NCBI GenBank assembly: GCA_019634405.1
Contig: JAHQVI010000149.1
Coordinates: forward strand, 1 to 37,221
Reading direction: 5' to 3'
Length of the DNA stretch: 37,221 nucleotides
Source: Hyphomicrobiales bacterium
GTDB taxonomy: Bacteria; Pseudomonadota; Alphaproteobacteria; Rhizobiales; Rhodomicrobiaceae
Each line of letters opens with the position of its first letter. Positions within the stretch are counted from its first letter, which is position 1. The notes under the pieces were generated by a model. That model made no database searches. It saw nothing but the letters and a program-made list of their open reading frames with translations, and was not told where the DNA came from. The position numbers and the translations under genes were made by a program. Positions 16,512 to 25,796 of this stretch are shown here, one piece after another.

Positions 16512-17438
16512 ATGAAACGCATCACCCTTCTGGGTATTCCGCTGGATGTAGGCAGCGTGCGGCGTGGTTGCAGGATGGGACCTGACGCCGTGCGTGTCGC
16601 TGGCATTACGGAAACACTAAAAAGTCTCGGTCACGATGTGGTTGATTTCGGCGATCTGAAAATTGACCCGGCGCCGGAGCGCCAGCATCCGAACCGCGCC
16701 GTGCATCATCTCGAAGCCTGTACCGGCTGGATCGAGCGTATACAGCCTGTTGCTTACGAGCTCTGCGCGGATGGGCAGGTGCCGGTGTTCATCGGCGGCG
16801 ATCACCTCATGGCCGCGGGAACTCTTCCGGGCGTCGCGCAGCGGGCGCATGAAGATGACGCCGAACAGTTCGTGTTGTGGCTCGACGCCCATTCGGACTT
16901 CCATACGCTTGACACAACGAAAAGCGGCAATCTTCACGGCGTACCGGCCGCCTATTTTACCGGGTGCGATGGATTTGAGGGTTATTTTCCGCCGGTTGCA
17001 GCGCCGGTGAAGCCAGGCAACGTATTCATGCTTGGCCTTCGTTCAGTTGACGAGCCGGAACGGCAAATGCTGGCCGAACACAAAGTGGCGATCGCCGATA
17101 TGCGCGCCATCGACGAGCATGGTGTCGCATCGCTGCTGCGGGGCTTCATCGAACGCGTGAAGAAGGCAAAGGGGCGGCTGCATATCAGTTTCGATGTTGA
17201 TTTTCTCGATCCCGCAATAGCCCCTGCGGTTGGAACGATGGTTCCGGGCGGCGCAACCTTCCGTGAAGCGCATCTCGTAATGGAGATGCTGCACGATAGC
17301 CGTCTCGTCACTTCGATCGACATTGCCGAGTTGAACCCGTTCCTCGACCATTGCGGCCAGACCGCAGTATTGCTTACCGATCTGGTCGCAAGTCTTTTCG
17401 GCAAGCGCGTTCTTGATCGACCAACACGGAGCCCTTGA
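16512..17438 (+). CDS. rocF: Arginase
   Basis: Mn-binding motifs GGDH (FIGGDHLMAAG), DAHSDF and SFDVDFLDP. I prefer the ATG at 16512, which has GGAG 7 nt upstream, over the track start at 16500. Confidence 0.9.
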   Translation: MKRITLLGIPLDVGSVRRGCRMGPDAVRVAGITETLKSLGHDVVDFGDLKIDPAPERQHPNRAVHHLEACTGWIERIQPVAYELCADGQVPVFIGGDHLMAAGTLPGVAQRAHEDDAEQFVLWLDAHSDFHTLDTTKSGNLHGVPAAYFTGCDGFEGYFPPVAAPVKPGNVFMLGLRSVDEPERQMLAEHKVAIADMRAIDEHGVASLLRGFIERVKKAKGRLHISFDVDFLDPAIAPAVGTMVPGGATFREAHLVMEMLHDSRLVTSIDIAELNPFLDHCGQTAVLLTDLVASLFGKRVLDRPTRSP

Positions 17439-17440
17439 TC

Positions 17441-18505
17441 ATGACATTGACGAGAAAGACGACAAACTTGGTACCTTTTGTAAGTGTCGACAACATGATG
17501 AAGCTGGTCAACCAAGTTGGCGCGGAGCCGTTCATGATGGCGATTGCCGATCATATTGAGGAAGATTTTCGTCGCTGGCCGATATTCGATAAAAGGGCGC
17601 GTATTGCATCGCATTCGAGCGATGGCGCAATCGAGTTGATGCCGACGAGTGACGGCGTGGCCTATTCCTTCAAATATGTGAACGGCCATCCGAAGAATAC
17701 CAAAAGCGGGCTTCAGACTGTGACGGCGTTTGGCGTACTCTCCGATGTCGATACGGGTTATCCGGCGCTGATCACGGAAATGACAATCCTGACGGCGCTG
17801 CGCACCGGAGCGATGTCCGCGCTCGCCGCAAAATATCTTGCCCCGAAAAGCGCCTCGGTTATGGCGATCATCGGCAATGGCGCGCAGTCCGAATTCCAGG
17901 TGCTCGCATTCCGGGCGATCGCCGGTATCGATACGGTTCGGTTGTTCGACATCGACCCGGAGGCGTCACGCCGCTGCGCAGCGAACCTGGCCGGAGCCGG
18001 TTTGAACGCGGTTATCTGCAAGACGTCGCAAGACGCCGTCGAAGGCGCACACATCATCACGACGGCGACGGCCGACAAGCAATATGCCACGATCCTGACC
18101 GACAATATGATCGGTGAGGGTGTGCACATAAATGCAGTCGGCGGCGACTGTCCCGGCAAAACGGAACTTCACCGCGACATTCTTCTGCGTTCCGATATTT
18201 TTGTCGAATTTCCGCCGCAGACCCGGATCGAGGGCGAAATCCAGCAGCTTGCGCCCGATCATCCGGTGACAGAGCTTTGGCGGGTGATGAATGGCGAGAA
18301 GCCGGGGCGGACGTCGTCTTCCCAGATCACGCTGTTCGACTCTGTCGGTTTCGCGATCGAGGATTTTTCCGCGCTTCGCTATTTGAGCAAATTGCTGGAG
18401 ACGGAACCGTTCTACGAAAATCTTGACATGCTCGCCGATCCGGACGAGCCACGCGATCTGTTCGGCATGCTGCTGCGCGCGAAAGGTTCGGCGAATGCGG
18501 CTTGA
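17441..18505 (+). CDS. ocd: Ornithine cyclodeaminase (mu-crystallin family)
   Basis: Family-typical length with the Rossmann segment MAIIGNGAQSEFQ. It lies immediately downstream of arginase, with GGAG 10 nt before the ATG at 17441. Confidence 0.9.
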   Translation: MTLTRKTTNLVPFVSVDNMMKLVNQVGAEPFMMAIADHIEEDFRRWPIFDKRARIASHSSDGAIELMPTSDGVAYSFKYVNGHPKNTKSGLQTVTAFGVLSDVDTGYPALITEMTILTALRTGAMSALAAKYLAPKSASVMAIIGNGAQSEFQVLAFRAIAGIDTVRLFDIDPEASRRCAANLAGAGLNAVICKTSQDAVEGAHIITTATADKQYATILTDNMIGEGVHINAVGGDCPGKTELHRDILLRSDIFVEFPPQTRIEGEIQQLAPDHPVTELWRVMNGEKPGRTSSSQITLFDSVGFAIEDFSALRYLSKLLETEPFYENLDMLADPDEPRDLFGMLLRAKGSANAA

Positions 18506-18517
18506 TTTTGTCGAGGA

Positions 18518-18553
18518 CTATCGAAATCCCCTACCTGTCGGGGATTTCGATAG
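18518..18553. terminator. Strong bidirectional hairpin between ocd and the convergent membrane-protein gene
   Basis: A perfect 14-bp stem: CTATCGAAATCCCC (18518..18531) pairs with GGGGATTTCGATAG (18540..18553) around an 8-nt loop. Confidence 0.7.
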
Positions 18554-18564
18554 GTTTGCGTAGG

Positions 18565-19410
18565 TTAGCCGATAAATGGCTGCCCCATTAGCGCCTGTAT
18601 AAATGTGAAAACCACGAATGCTGTGAAGGCAAGAGCTGCGGCATAGACGGTGATCCTGGCGCGTCGCTCCGGTAGCGCGGTCACAGCAAGCAAGCCCGCA
18701 AGCGGGATAAAATGCAGCGCATGGGTGGCGAAGAAATGTGCGACGCGCAGATCGCCGCCGTCCCGCGCCCATCCCATGACGGGCACGCCCTCCGCATCCG
18801 ACAGGTTGCCGCCGACGAAATGACTTGTACCGTCAGCGAGATAGCCCGCAAAGATTATCGTCAGTACGAATGTGAGTATCAGTCCTGATCCGAAAGCAGC
18901 GCGCATGGCGGGCGCAAGGCCGCTCGCATCATGACGCCAGATCATTATTCCATATAGCGCTGTGGGTGTCAGCAGGGTTACGGCAAAAAGGCCGGCGATT
19001 TGATATGCAATCAGCGTGAGCGCGCTGGTAAAATTAAAATGGGATGGGACGCCATTGGCTGACGCGCCCATCAGCCAGACCATTTCCGCAGCAACGCAGA
19101 AAACGACGAGGCCGGAGTAAATCCGATACCATGTTTTGCGCAGCAAAGACTGCCGAACCCATTTCGAGTACCAGGCCAAAGTCAGCAGGTAGACGGCGAG
19201 CGCCACCTGAAATTTTAACGGTTTTTCCCAGACATTGACGTCGAGGAGCGTCCGGCTGTCGAGCGCCATCGCGAACAAAGTGGGTATGATCAGCGCGATC
19301 ATGAGCACGCCGGCGCCGGCAAAAAACGGCTCCCGGCGGAACAGTCCCTCGAACCACTCACGAAACGGAAACTGCGCGGAGCGATGAACTTTCATTGGAG
19401 CTGCGGACAT
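18565..19410 (-). CDS. Polytopic inner-membrane protein of unknown function (281 aa)
   Basis: An AAGGAG RBS lies 8 nt before the ATG. There are about 7-8 hydrophobic spans and His-containing segments (SHFVGG, HFFATHALHFIP). I do not recognise the family. Confidence 0.7.
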   Translation of the reverse strand: MSAAPMKVHRSAQFPFREWFEGLFRREPFFAGAGVLMIALIIPTLFAMALDSRTLLDVNVWEKPLKFQVALAVYLLTLAWYSKWVRQSLLRKTWYRIYSGLVVFCVAAEMVWLMGASANGVPSHFNFTSALTLIAYQIAGLFAVTLLTPTALYGIMIWRHDASGLAPAMRAAFGSGLILTFVLTIIFAGYLADGTSHFVGGNLSDAEGVPVMGWARDGGDLRVAHFFATHALHFIPLAGLLAVTALPERRARITVYAAALAFTAFVVFTFIQALMGQPFIG

Positions 19411-19438
19411 TTATCAAACTCCTTCGAAGCGGACGCAT

Positions 19439-19864
19439 TCATCTTTGTTTCGCGTAGCCATGGATGTTTCGCAGAACCAAAAACAGCAAGAGCCCGATGG
19501 GACCGAGCATAAAGGTTAGTGGCAGGCACGGGAGTACCAGAAGGAACGGCATGCCGTCGGCGCGTCCCGTGCGCACTTCCCATGCGCCGATGAACAGGTC
19601 GAATGCGAGATAGTGTATCCATCCGGCAAGAGCGACTTCGCGGGAGGTGAATAGCTTCATGACGTTGTCGAGCGTATCGAATCCCCCCTCTGCGTCCCCG
19701 AAAAAGGCCAAAATCAGACCGGTATAAGCGATTGAGAGAAGTGCAGGGATGATCAGTCCGGAGATTCGGTCAGCAAGCTTTGGTACGAAAGGCGAAGCCA
19801 GCAATACCAGCCAACCGGCCATCGCCATCGTGCCGACTGTCTGAAATAACGTATCGGGATCCAT
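19439..19864 (-). CDS. DUF4281 / ABA4-like family membrane protein
   Basis: AGGAGG RBS. It is a four-TM small protein with ...GWIHYLAFDLFIGAW..., characteristic of the ABA4-like family. It lies 28 nt upstream of the 281-aa membrane-protein gene, so the two are probably an operon. Confidence 0.7.
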   Translation of the reverse strand: MDPDTLFQTVGTMAMAGWLVLLASPFVPKLADRISGLIIPALLSIAYTGLILAFFGDAEGGFDTLDNVMKLFTSREVALAGWIHYLAFDLFIGAWEVRTGRADGMPFLLVLPCLPLTFMLGPIGLLLFLVLRNIHGYAKQR

Positions 19865-19881
19865 ATCGGCCTCCTATAATC

Positions 19882-19949
19882 TTTACAGCGTCAAGATAAA
19901 ACTTTGAGGGTATATGTTGACGCTGTCAAGATAATTTTGACACTGTAAA
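19882..19949. promoter_or_regulatory. Three operator-like 13-bp pseudo-palindromes (TTKAC-N3-GTMAA) between the divergent TetR gene and the membrane operon
   Basis: TTTACAGCGTCAA (19882..19894), TTGACGCTGTCAA (19917..19929) and TTGACACTGTAAA (19937..19949). GTCAAGATAA is also directly repeated at 19890 and 19925. Confidence 0.5.
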
Positions 19950-19970
19950 GATTTGGAGTTATCTTAAATT

Positions 19971-20615
19971 ATGAACGAAAAAGTCGTCCCCACATCCAAA
20001 GCGGAAAAGATCGGCCGCTATCATCACGGCAATCTGAAAGAAACACTCCTCGAAGCGGCCCAAGCCGAACTTGCCGATCAGGGCATCGAAAAGCTTTCGT
20101 TGCGTGCAATCGCCAAGCGCGCAGGCGTTAGCCATGCCGCCCCGGCTCATCATTTTGGGGATGTAAATGGCTTGCTGACCGCACTCGCGGCGCGAGGCTT
20201 CGGGATGCTTATGGCCGCTCAGAAGCTGCGCCTGGACACAGCCAGGCCCGACCCCGTCTCGCAGCTGGTGGCGTTAGGGCTCGGCTATATTGACTTCGCA
20301 ACAGCCAATCCGGCGATGTTCCGACTGGCGTTTTCATCGAAGCGCCCAAACTTTGATGATCCCGGTCTGCATGAGCCTGCAAAGCTGGCGTATGATATGC
20401 TTGGTGACGGCGTTTCTGCGCTGCGGGATCAAAGCCCGGCGTCTGATCTTGCAGTGATGGCGGATGTCGCTTCCATGTGGGCGATGGTCCATGGTCTTGG
20501 AGATCTGCTGGCCTCAGGTCGCATCAAATATCTGCAAGCATTGACGGCGGAAGAGTGCGAAGCCGTTCTGATCGAGATCATCCGGCGGGCCATGCCGTCA
20601 CTTGAGAAATCCTGA
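19971..20615 (+). CDS. TetR/AcrR-family transcriptional regulator
   Basis: N-terminal HTH LSLRAIAKRAGVSHAAPAHHFG with a helical C-terminal ligand domain. Confidence 0.9.
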   Translation: MNEKVVPTSKAEKIGRYHHGNLKETLLEAAQAELADQGIEKLSLRAIAKRAGVSHAAPAHHFGDVNGLLTALAARGFGMLMAAQKLRLDTARPDPVSQLVALGLGYIDFATANPAMFRLAFSSKRPNFDDPGLHEPAKLAYDMLGDGVSALRDQSPASDLAVMADVASMWAMVHGLGDLLASGRIKYLQALTAEECEAVLIEIIRRAMPSLEKS

Positions 20616-20734
20616 CCTGACGCGCCAAATCCAACCGAATTCCGAATAAAAGGCTCGGCTTTGAATTTTTCCTGTTGCAAAGGCTTGCGCCCTGGGCAAA
20701 GCCGCGCGATAAGCCGCTCATTCGGAGGCTACTC

Positions 20735-21769
20735 ATGAAGATTGAAAAGCGCGTTTTTTCCGGCGTCCAGCCGACTGGTAATCTGCATCTCGGCAACTAT
20801 CTCGGTGCGATCGTCAATTTCGTGGAAATGCAGAAAGAGGCGCCATGTCTGTTCTGCGTCGTCGATATGCATGCGATTACGCTTTGGCAGGATCCGGACG
20901 AGCTGCGCGCCAGTACGCGTGAAGTAACCGCGGCCTTCCTTGCTGCGGGCATCGACGCCAAGAAACACATCATTTTCAATCAGAGCCGCGTGGACGGTCA
21001 CGCCTATCTGGCGTGGATCTGCAATTGCGTCGCCCGGGTGGGTTGGTTGAACCGCATGACGCAGTTCAAGGAGAAGGCAGGCAAGGACCGGGAAAACGCC
21101 TCGTTGGGTCTTTACGCCTATCCCAGTCTGATGGCTGCCGACGTGTTGCTTTATCGGGCAACCCACGTCCCGGTTGGCGATGACCAGAAGCAGCATCTTG
21201 AGTTGGCGCGCGATATTGCACAGAAATTCAATAGTGATTTTGATGAGTTTTGCGAGCGTTACGGTTATCCGGATGGATTCTTTCCGCTTCCTGAGCCGAT
21301 GATCTCGGGCCCGGCGACGCGAATCATGTCCCTGCGTGACGGCACGCGGAAGATGAGCAAGTCCGAGCCGTCGGATATGAGCCGCATCAACCTGACCGAC
21401 AATGCGGATGAAATCGCCAAGAAGCTGAAGAAGGCAAAGACAGATCCCGAACCGTTGCCATCCGATGTCGAAGGTCTCAAGGATCGCGCCGAAGCCGATA
21501 ATCTGGTTGGAATCTACGCGGCGCTTGCGAAAACCGACAAGGCCAGCGTACTCGGTGAGTTTGGCGGCGCACAATTCTCGAAATTCAAGCCTGCACTTGT
21601 AGAATTGGCTGTTGAAAAGCTCGCGCCTATTGCTGCGGAAATGAAACGTATTTCCGAAGATCGGGCTTATATAGAGGAAGTTCTTAAGGATGGCGGTGAA
21701 CGCGCAAACGAAATTGCATCAAAACATTTGCGGGTTGTGAAAGACATAGTAGGATTTCTGCAATCGTAG
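20735..21769 (+). CDS. trpS: Tryptophan--tRNA ligase
   Basis: A GGAGG RBS lies 6 nt before the ATG at 20735. It has the HIGH-type motif PTGNLHLGN and KMSKS. The track ORF start at 20675 is an upstream extension. Confidence 0.95.
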   Translation: MKIEKRVFSGVQPTGNLHLGNYLGAIVNFVEMQKEAPCLFCVVDMHAITLWQDPDELRASTREVTAAFLAAGIDAKKHIIFNQSRVDGHAYLAWICNCVARVGWLNRMTQFKEKAGKDRENASLGLYAYPSLMAADVLLYRATHVPVGDDQKQHLELARDIAQKFNSDFDEFCERYGYPDGFFPLPEPMISGPATRIMSLRDGTRKMSKSEPSDMSRINLTDNADEIAKKLKKAKTDPEPLPSDVEGLKDRAEADNLVGIYAALAKTDKASVLGEFGGAQFSKFKPALVELAVEKLAPIAAEMKRISEDRAYIEEVLKDGGERANEIASKHLRVVKDIVGFLQS

Positions 21770-21777
21770 CAGAAATC
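21753..21777 (+). other. 9-bp hairpin spanning the trpS stop codon
   Basis: GATTTCTGC (21753..21761) pairs with GCAGAAATC (21769..21777). Its function (attenuating terminator or mRNA stabiliser) is unknown. Confidence 0.3.
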
Positions 21778-21794
21778 TGAATTGGAAATGAATA

Positions 21795-22307
21795 ATGCCC
21801 GCGCATAGAATACGGGAAGTTTTTGAGGAGGGGCACCGCCGCAAGTTTCTCGTTGTGCTGGATGAATCGCCGGAAGCGGAACTCGCGCTTGCTTTCGCGG
21901 CACGACGGGCAAAGCGCGGATCGACCGGTGGTCTGGCGTTTCTTTATATCATCGAGCCTGCCGACTTCCAGCACTGGCTCGGTGTTGCCGATGTTTACCG
22001 CGACGAGGCCATGGCCAAGGCAAAAGCCGTCTTTCGTCTTTATAACCGCAAGCTGAAGCTCTGGGGCTATGAAGATCTGCATGTTGAGGAGATCATTCGC
22101 GAGGGTGAAAAACCGGATGAAATTGTCAACCTGATCCAGGAAGATCCGGACATTTGCGTTCTTGTGCTGGGGGCGTCTGTCGACGCGTCAGGGCCGGGAC
22201 CGCTGGTTTCATTTCTCGCAGGGGGCATGAATGCTGGCAATTTTCCGATCCCGATCACGATCATCCCAGGCAGCATGACCGTCGAGGAAATTGAGGCCCT
22301 CGCCTAA
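21795..22307 (+). CDS. Universal stress protein (UspA-family) domain protein
   Basis: Usp-like alpha/beta layout (KFLVVLDESPEAELALAFA..., VLVLGAS...) in the conserved position after trpS. Confidence 0.8.
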   Translation: MPAHRIREVFEEGHRRKFLVVLDESPEAELALAFAARRAKRGSTGGLAFLYIIEPADFQHWLGVADVYRDEAMAKAKAVFRLYNRKLKLWGYEDLHVEEIIREGEKPDEIVNLIQEDPDICVLVLGASVDASGPGPLVSFLAGGMNAGNFPIPITIIPGSMTVEEIEALA

Positions 22308-22419
22308 GTTTATCGATCGCATGGTCTGCGGACTTGAAGCTTGGGCTGGTTATGCTCTAATATGGAAGTAGAATTATTCTAAATTAGGTTCGGTGCTAAA
22401 GCCGGACGTGAGGTGAAGT

Positions 22420-22971
22420 ATGTTCATTCAGACCGAAGCAACGCCAAATCCGGCTACGCTGAAATTCATCCCCGGCTCACCGGTTATGAACGGCGCAACC
22501 CGTGATTTTCGTGATTCAGCCGAAGCCGAGCGCGACTCGCCACTCGCCGCGCGGTTGTTCCAGATCGATGGTGTGACCGGCGTTTTCCTCGGCGGAGACT
22601 TCATTTCGGTCACGAAAAGTGACGGCGAGTGGCAGCATCTGAAGCCAGCTCTGCTCGGCGCGATTATGGAGCACTACATGTCCGGCGCTCCGGTCGTCAC
22701 GAATGATGATGTTGTTGACGCCGGTGAGGCAAATAGCGAAGACAGCGAAATTGTCGTGACGATCAAGGAATTGCTGGATACGCGCGTTCGCCCTGCTGTT
22801 GCGCAGGATGGCGGTGACATCGTTTTCCACGGATATGACGAAGGCATCGTCTACCTGCATATGCGCGGAGCCTGCGCTGGCTGCCCGTCATCAACAGCGA
22901 CGCTTCGCCATGGCATTGAGAATCTGCTCAAGCATTTCGTGCCCGAAGTGATCGAGGTTCGCGCAGTCTGA
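22420..22971 (+). CDS. NifU-family Fe-S cluster protein (Nfu N-terminal domain plus NifU C-terminal CxxC domain)
   Basis: MFIQTEATPNPATLKFIPG (Nfu_N) and a C-terminal ...HMRGACAGCPSSTATL CxxC motif. Confidence 0.9.
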   Translation: MFIQTEATPNPATLKFIPGSPVMNGATRDFRDSAEAERDSPLAARLFQIDGVTGVFLGGDFISVTKSDGEWQHLKPALLGAIMEHYMSGAPVVTNDDVVDAGEANSEDSEIVVTIKELLDTRVRPAVAQDGGDIVFHGYDEGIVYLHMRGACAGCPSSTATLRHGIENLLKHFVPEVIEVRAV

Positions 22972-22992
22972 TTGAGCGTGGACCGGTCCCGC

Positions 22993-23691
22993 ATGACAAT
23001 TCTTGCGATCGATACCAGCATGGCGGCTTGCTCGGCCGCCATTTTGGCCGACGGCGGTGGCGCGGCGCTGCTGCGTTTCGAGCCAATGACGCGCGGTCAT
23101 GCCGAGGCGATCTTTGCAATGGTCGCAGACGTCATGGCGGAAGCCGAGTGCGGCTTTGACGCGTTATCTGCAATTGCGGTGACGATAGGCCCGGGCAGCT
23201 TTACCGGCGTGCGGGCCGGGCTGGCGGCGGCGCGAGGTTTTGCGCTGGCTGCGAAAGTGCCGGTGATCGGCGTGACAAGTCTGGAAGTCATGGCGCAGAA
23301 ATGCGTTCGCGAGAGGTCAGAGGCGGAGAGCGGCAATCCTTTCGCGATCGTGCAGGATGCAAGGCGCGAAGAGGCCTATGTGCAGCTCTTCGATGCGGCC
23401 GGGACGCCTCTCGACGATGCTGAAATTCTTCCGGTGATACAGATTGCGTCCGAGCTGTCTGCCACTATCGGCATCGCCTATGGTAGTGGCGCAGTCATGC
23501 TGTCAGATCAAATGCAGGCGAGGGGGCGGACACTTCAGGCCGGGCTTCCCGACCTTCTGCCTGACGCTGCATGTCTGGCCCATCTTGCAGCAGGCCGCGA
23601 ACCTGCCGAGCATCCGCCCGCGCCTCTTTACCTGCGACCACCGGACGCTAAGCCGCAAACCGGCAAGAGTTTCGAACGTGTCATCGGCTGA
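22993..23691 (+). CDS. tsaB: tRNA t6A37 biosynthesis protein TsaB
   Basis: MTILAIDTSMAACSAAI... and GPGSFTGVRAGLAAARG. I prefer the ATG at 22993 over the TTG at 22972. Confidence 0.85.
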   Translation: MTILAIDTSMAACSAAILADGGGAALLRFEPMTRGHAEAIFAMVADVMAEAECGFDALSAIAVTIGPGSFTGVRAGLAAARGFALAAKVPVIGVTSLEVMAQKCVRERSEAESGNPFAIVQDARREEAYVQLFDAAGTPLDDAEILPVIQIASELSATIGIAYGSGAVMLSDQMQARGRTLQAGLPDLLPDAACLAHLAAGREPAEHPPAPLYLRPPDAKPQTGKSFERVIG

Positions 23692-24154
23692 CAGGCTGCA
23701 TTTTGTGTCTCTTTCAGAAGCCAATTCGGAAGATGCAGCCGCTCTTCACGCAAGATGCTTTGCGCAGGGATGGCCTGCCGAGGATTTTCGACGCTATGGG
23801 CAAGATGCGGGGTGTTTCGCCCGTGGCGCGGCGCTGGACGACGGTAAGCTATTGGGATTGGCGATCGCCAGAATGGCGGGCGATGAAGCCGAAATTCTTA
23901 CCATGGCGACCGATCCGCTGCGAAGGCGCAAAGGCGTCGCCAGGCGTCTGCTATCGATGTTGCTGGACGCATTGTCGGGAGCAGGTGCAGCGGTTGTGTA
24001 TCTGGAGGTTGGCGCAACCAACCGGGCGGCGATTGCGCTCTATAAGTCTTGCAATTTCAAGCAGGTCGGTCACCGCACGGCCTATTACCGGCGCGCCGAC
24101 GGCTTTGAAGATGCGCTGATCATGCGGCGATTGCTGGGTTCGCGACAGGCGTAG
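23678..24154 (+). CDS. rimI: Ribosomal-protein-alanine N-acetyltransferase (GNAT)
   Basis: A GTG start at 23678 overlaps the tsaB end by 14 nt. It has the GNAT acetyl-CoA motif RRRKGVARRLL and forms the canonical tsaB-rimI pair. Confidence 0.85.
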   Translation: MSSADRLHFVSLSEANSEDAAALHARCFAQGWPAEDFRRYGQDAGCFARGAALDDGKLLGLAIARMAGDEAEILTMATDPLRRRKGVARRLLSMLLDALSGAGAAVVYLEVGATNRAAIALYKSCNFKQVGHRTAYYRRADGFEDALIMRRLLGSRQA

Positions 24155-24156
24155 AT

Positions 24157-24187
24157 CGGGATTGCTTGATTGCATAATCCCGGTTTT
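24157..24187 (+). terminator. rimI terminator
   Basis: CGGGATT (24157..24163) pairs with AATCCCG (24176..24182), followed by GTTTT. Confidence 0.55.
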
Positions 24188-24247
24188 ACGTGGGGGCAAT
24201 GGCTGTCCGGGCGCACTCTTCAACATAATCGAATGTCGCTTACCCGT

Positions 24248-24547
24248 TTAACCACCGCTCATTGCGGTCAGGATTGTAACCTGCATGTCCGGTTTGAGCG
24301 GGGTGTCCAGCCTGGCGCGGCGGCCTTCGACAAAGATATTGATGTGTTTCCGGATTGCAGGACTTGAATCGCTAAGCCGATCCGCCATGCCCGGCCAACG
24401 TCGATCGAGCTCGCCGAGCAGGCTATGTATGCAATCCGCCTCCAACTCCACCTTTTCGCAGGATCCCGGAAACAGGCGGACAAGTGGCGCAGGCAGCGAA
24501 ACTGTAACGCGCACCGGCATGGCATTCTTCAAGATTCCCTGCGCCAT
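24248..24547 (-). CDS. MoaD/ThiS-family ubiquitin-like small protein ending in Gly-Gly
   Basis: A GGGAGA RBS lies 6 nt before the ATG at 24547. MAQGILKNAMPVRVTVSLPAPLVRLF...INIFVEGRRARLDTPLKPDMQVTILTAMSGG-stop shows a beta-grasp pattern, with the C-terminal GG directly at the stop. The longer track ORF (to 24898) overlaps the upstream gene and is rejected. Confidence 0.75.
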   Translation of the reverse strand: MAQGILKNAMPVRVTVSLPAPLVRLFPGSCEKVELEADCIHSLLGELDRRWPGMADRLSDSSPAIRKHINIFVEGRRARLDTPLKPDMQVTILTAMSGG

Positions 24548-24614
24548 CTCATGTCTCCCATGTAAGCCGTTGCGTCCGAGCGTTATCTGATCATGCAGGC
24601 TCACGAGAAATGCT

Positions 24615-25691
24615 TCAGGATTCGATGATTTCCACGGACAGGACCGTTGGGAGATGATGCGCGACGGCGTGCCAGCTATCGCCTTCATCATTGCTAACGT
24701 AGAGCGAACCGGAGCTGGTTCCGAAATAGACGCCGGCCGGACTGCGCCTGTCAGTCGCCATTGCCTGGCGCAAAACGCCGAAATACGCATTTTCCTGTGG
24801 CAGGCCGTTGCGTAATGCTTCCCAGCTTTTGCCTGCGTCGCGTGTTCGGTAGACTGCCGCGCTGCCGTCTGGCATGAAACGGCCGATGGAGTCGCCATTT
24901 AGCGGCAGGAGATAGAGCGTGTCCGGATCGGCCGGGTGAGCAGCGGAGGGAAAGCCGAACGTCGATGGCAGCCCCGCTTCGATGCTCTCCCAATTCCGCC
25001 CGCCATCATCGCTGCGGTACATGCCGCAATGGTTTTGCTGATAGAGGCGGTCAGGATTGCCGGCAGCCATTGTGATGCTGTGTACGCACTGGCCGAATTC
25101 GGGATAACGCTGTCCTTCCGGCGCATAATCCATGCGCGTGCCTTTGTTGCGCGGCGTCCAGCTTTGGCCGCCATCTTCGGTATAGAAGACGCCTGCGGTG
25201 GATATACCGATCCAGATCTTGCGCGCGTCGTCGGGATGGCGCTGGATCGCATGAAGGATCAGCCCGGCACCGCCCGGCTGCCAATCGGCGCGCGAGGGAT
25301 GTTTGCGCAATCCGTCGAGATGCGTCCAGCTCTCGCCTTTATCCTCGCTCACGAACAACCCCGCAGGTTCAACGCCTGCATAGAGATGGCCATTTTGCGC
25401 GGACAGGCTCCAGACAGCCTTGATCGGCGTTTCACCTTCCGGATATTTCAGGCCCTCGCTGGAATGGGTCCAGCTCTTGCCGAGATCGTCCGATTTCCAG
25501 ACTGCGGGACCGAACCATTCATTGCCGCCACCGGCGTAGATAACGCCCGTATGCCGATCCGCGATGACATGATTCATCGGCCAGGTTTCGCAATAGGGCC
25601 CCCGCAGCGCCCACTCGGTCCGCTCCGGACTGCCGTCGAAAATAAACGCGCCCTTCTTTGTGCCGACGAGAATGTGAACCTGACCAGCCAT
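24615..25691 (-). CDS. BNR/Asp-box repeat beta-propeller protein (sialidase-fold / WD40-YVTN-BNR-like), no signal peptide
   Basis: AGGAGG RBS before the ATG at 25691. There are six SxDxGxxW-type Asp-boxes: SDDLGKSW, SEDKGESW, TEDGGQSW, SDDGGRNW, TRDAGKSW and SNDEGDSW. Confidence 0.85.
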   Translation of the reverse strand: MAGQVHILVGTKKGAFIFDGSPERTEWALRGPYCETWPMNHVIADRHTGVIYAGGGNEWFGPAVWKSDDLGKSWTHSSEGLKYPEGETPIKAVWSLSAQNGHLYAGVEPAGLFVSEDKGESWTHLDGLRKHPSRADWQPGGAGLILHAIQRHPDDARKIWIGISTAGVFYTEDGGQSWTPRNKGTRMDYAPEGQRYPEFGQCVHSITMAAGNPDRLYQQNHCGMYRSDDGGRNWESIEAGLPSTFGFPSAAHPADPDTLYLLPLNGDSIGRFMPDGSAAVYRTRDAGKSWEALRNGLPQENAYFGVLRQAMATDRRSPAGVYFGTSSGSLYVSNDEGDSWHAVAHHLPTVLSVEIIES

Positions 25692-25796
25692 GCGAGACCT
25701 CCTGAATATTCTTGTGTTGAGGCGCAATATTCAAAACAGATGCAGAGGCTGAACCCAGCTTATGACAAAATTTAGGTGGCGGGCTAATCTTTATTT

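Noticed and set aside
20684-20712. Candidate sigma-70-type promoter CTTGCG-N17-CGATAA upstream of trpS
   Set aside because: It matches the alphaproteobacterial CTTGAC-N17-CTATAT consensus only loosely. Without 5'-end data I do not list it as a feature.
20729-21574. 281-aa minus-strand ORF inside trpS
   Set aside because: It is antisense to an unambiguous trpS frame that has the HIGH and KMSKS motifs.
24548-24898. Upstream 117 codons of the 216-aa track ORF containing the MoaD-like protein
   Set aside because: This part overlaps the 3' end of the BNR gene in another frame and reads as low-complexity. A good RBS precedes the internal ATG at 24547, giving a family-typical 99-aa product.
24936-25775. 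279-aa plus-strand ORF antisense to the BNR gene, and similar antisense ORFs in cysG (25815..26345, 26385..26825)
   Set aside because: These are shadow ORFs. The minus-strand frames carry six Asp-boxes and the CysG motifs respectively.
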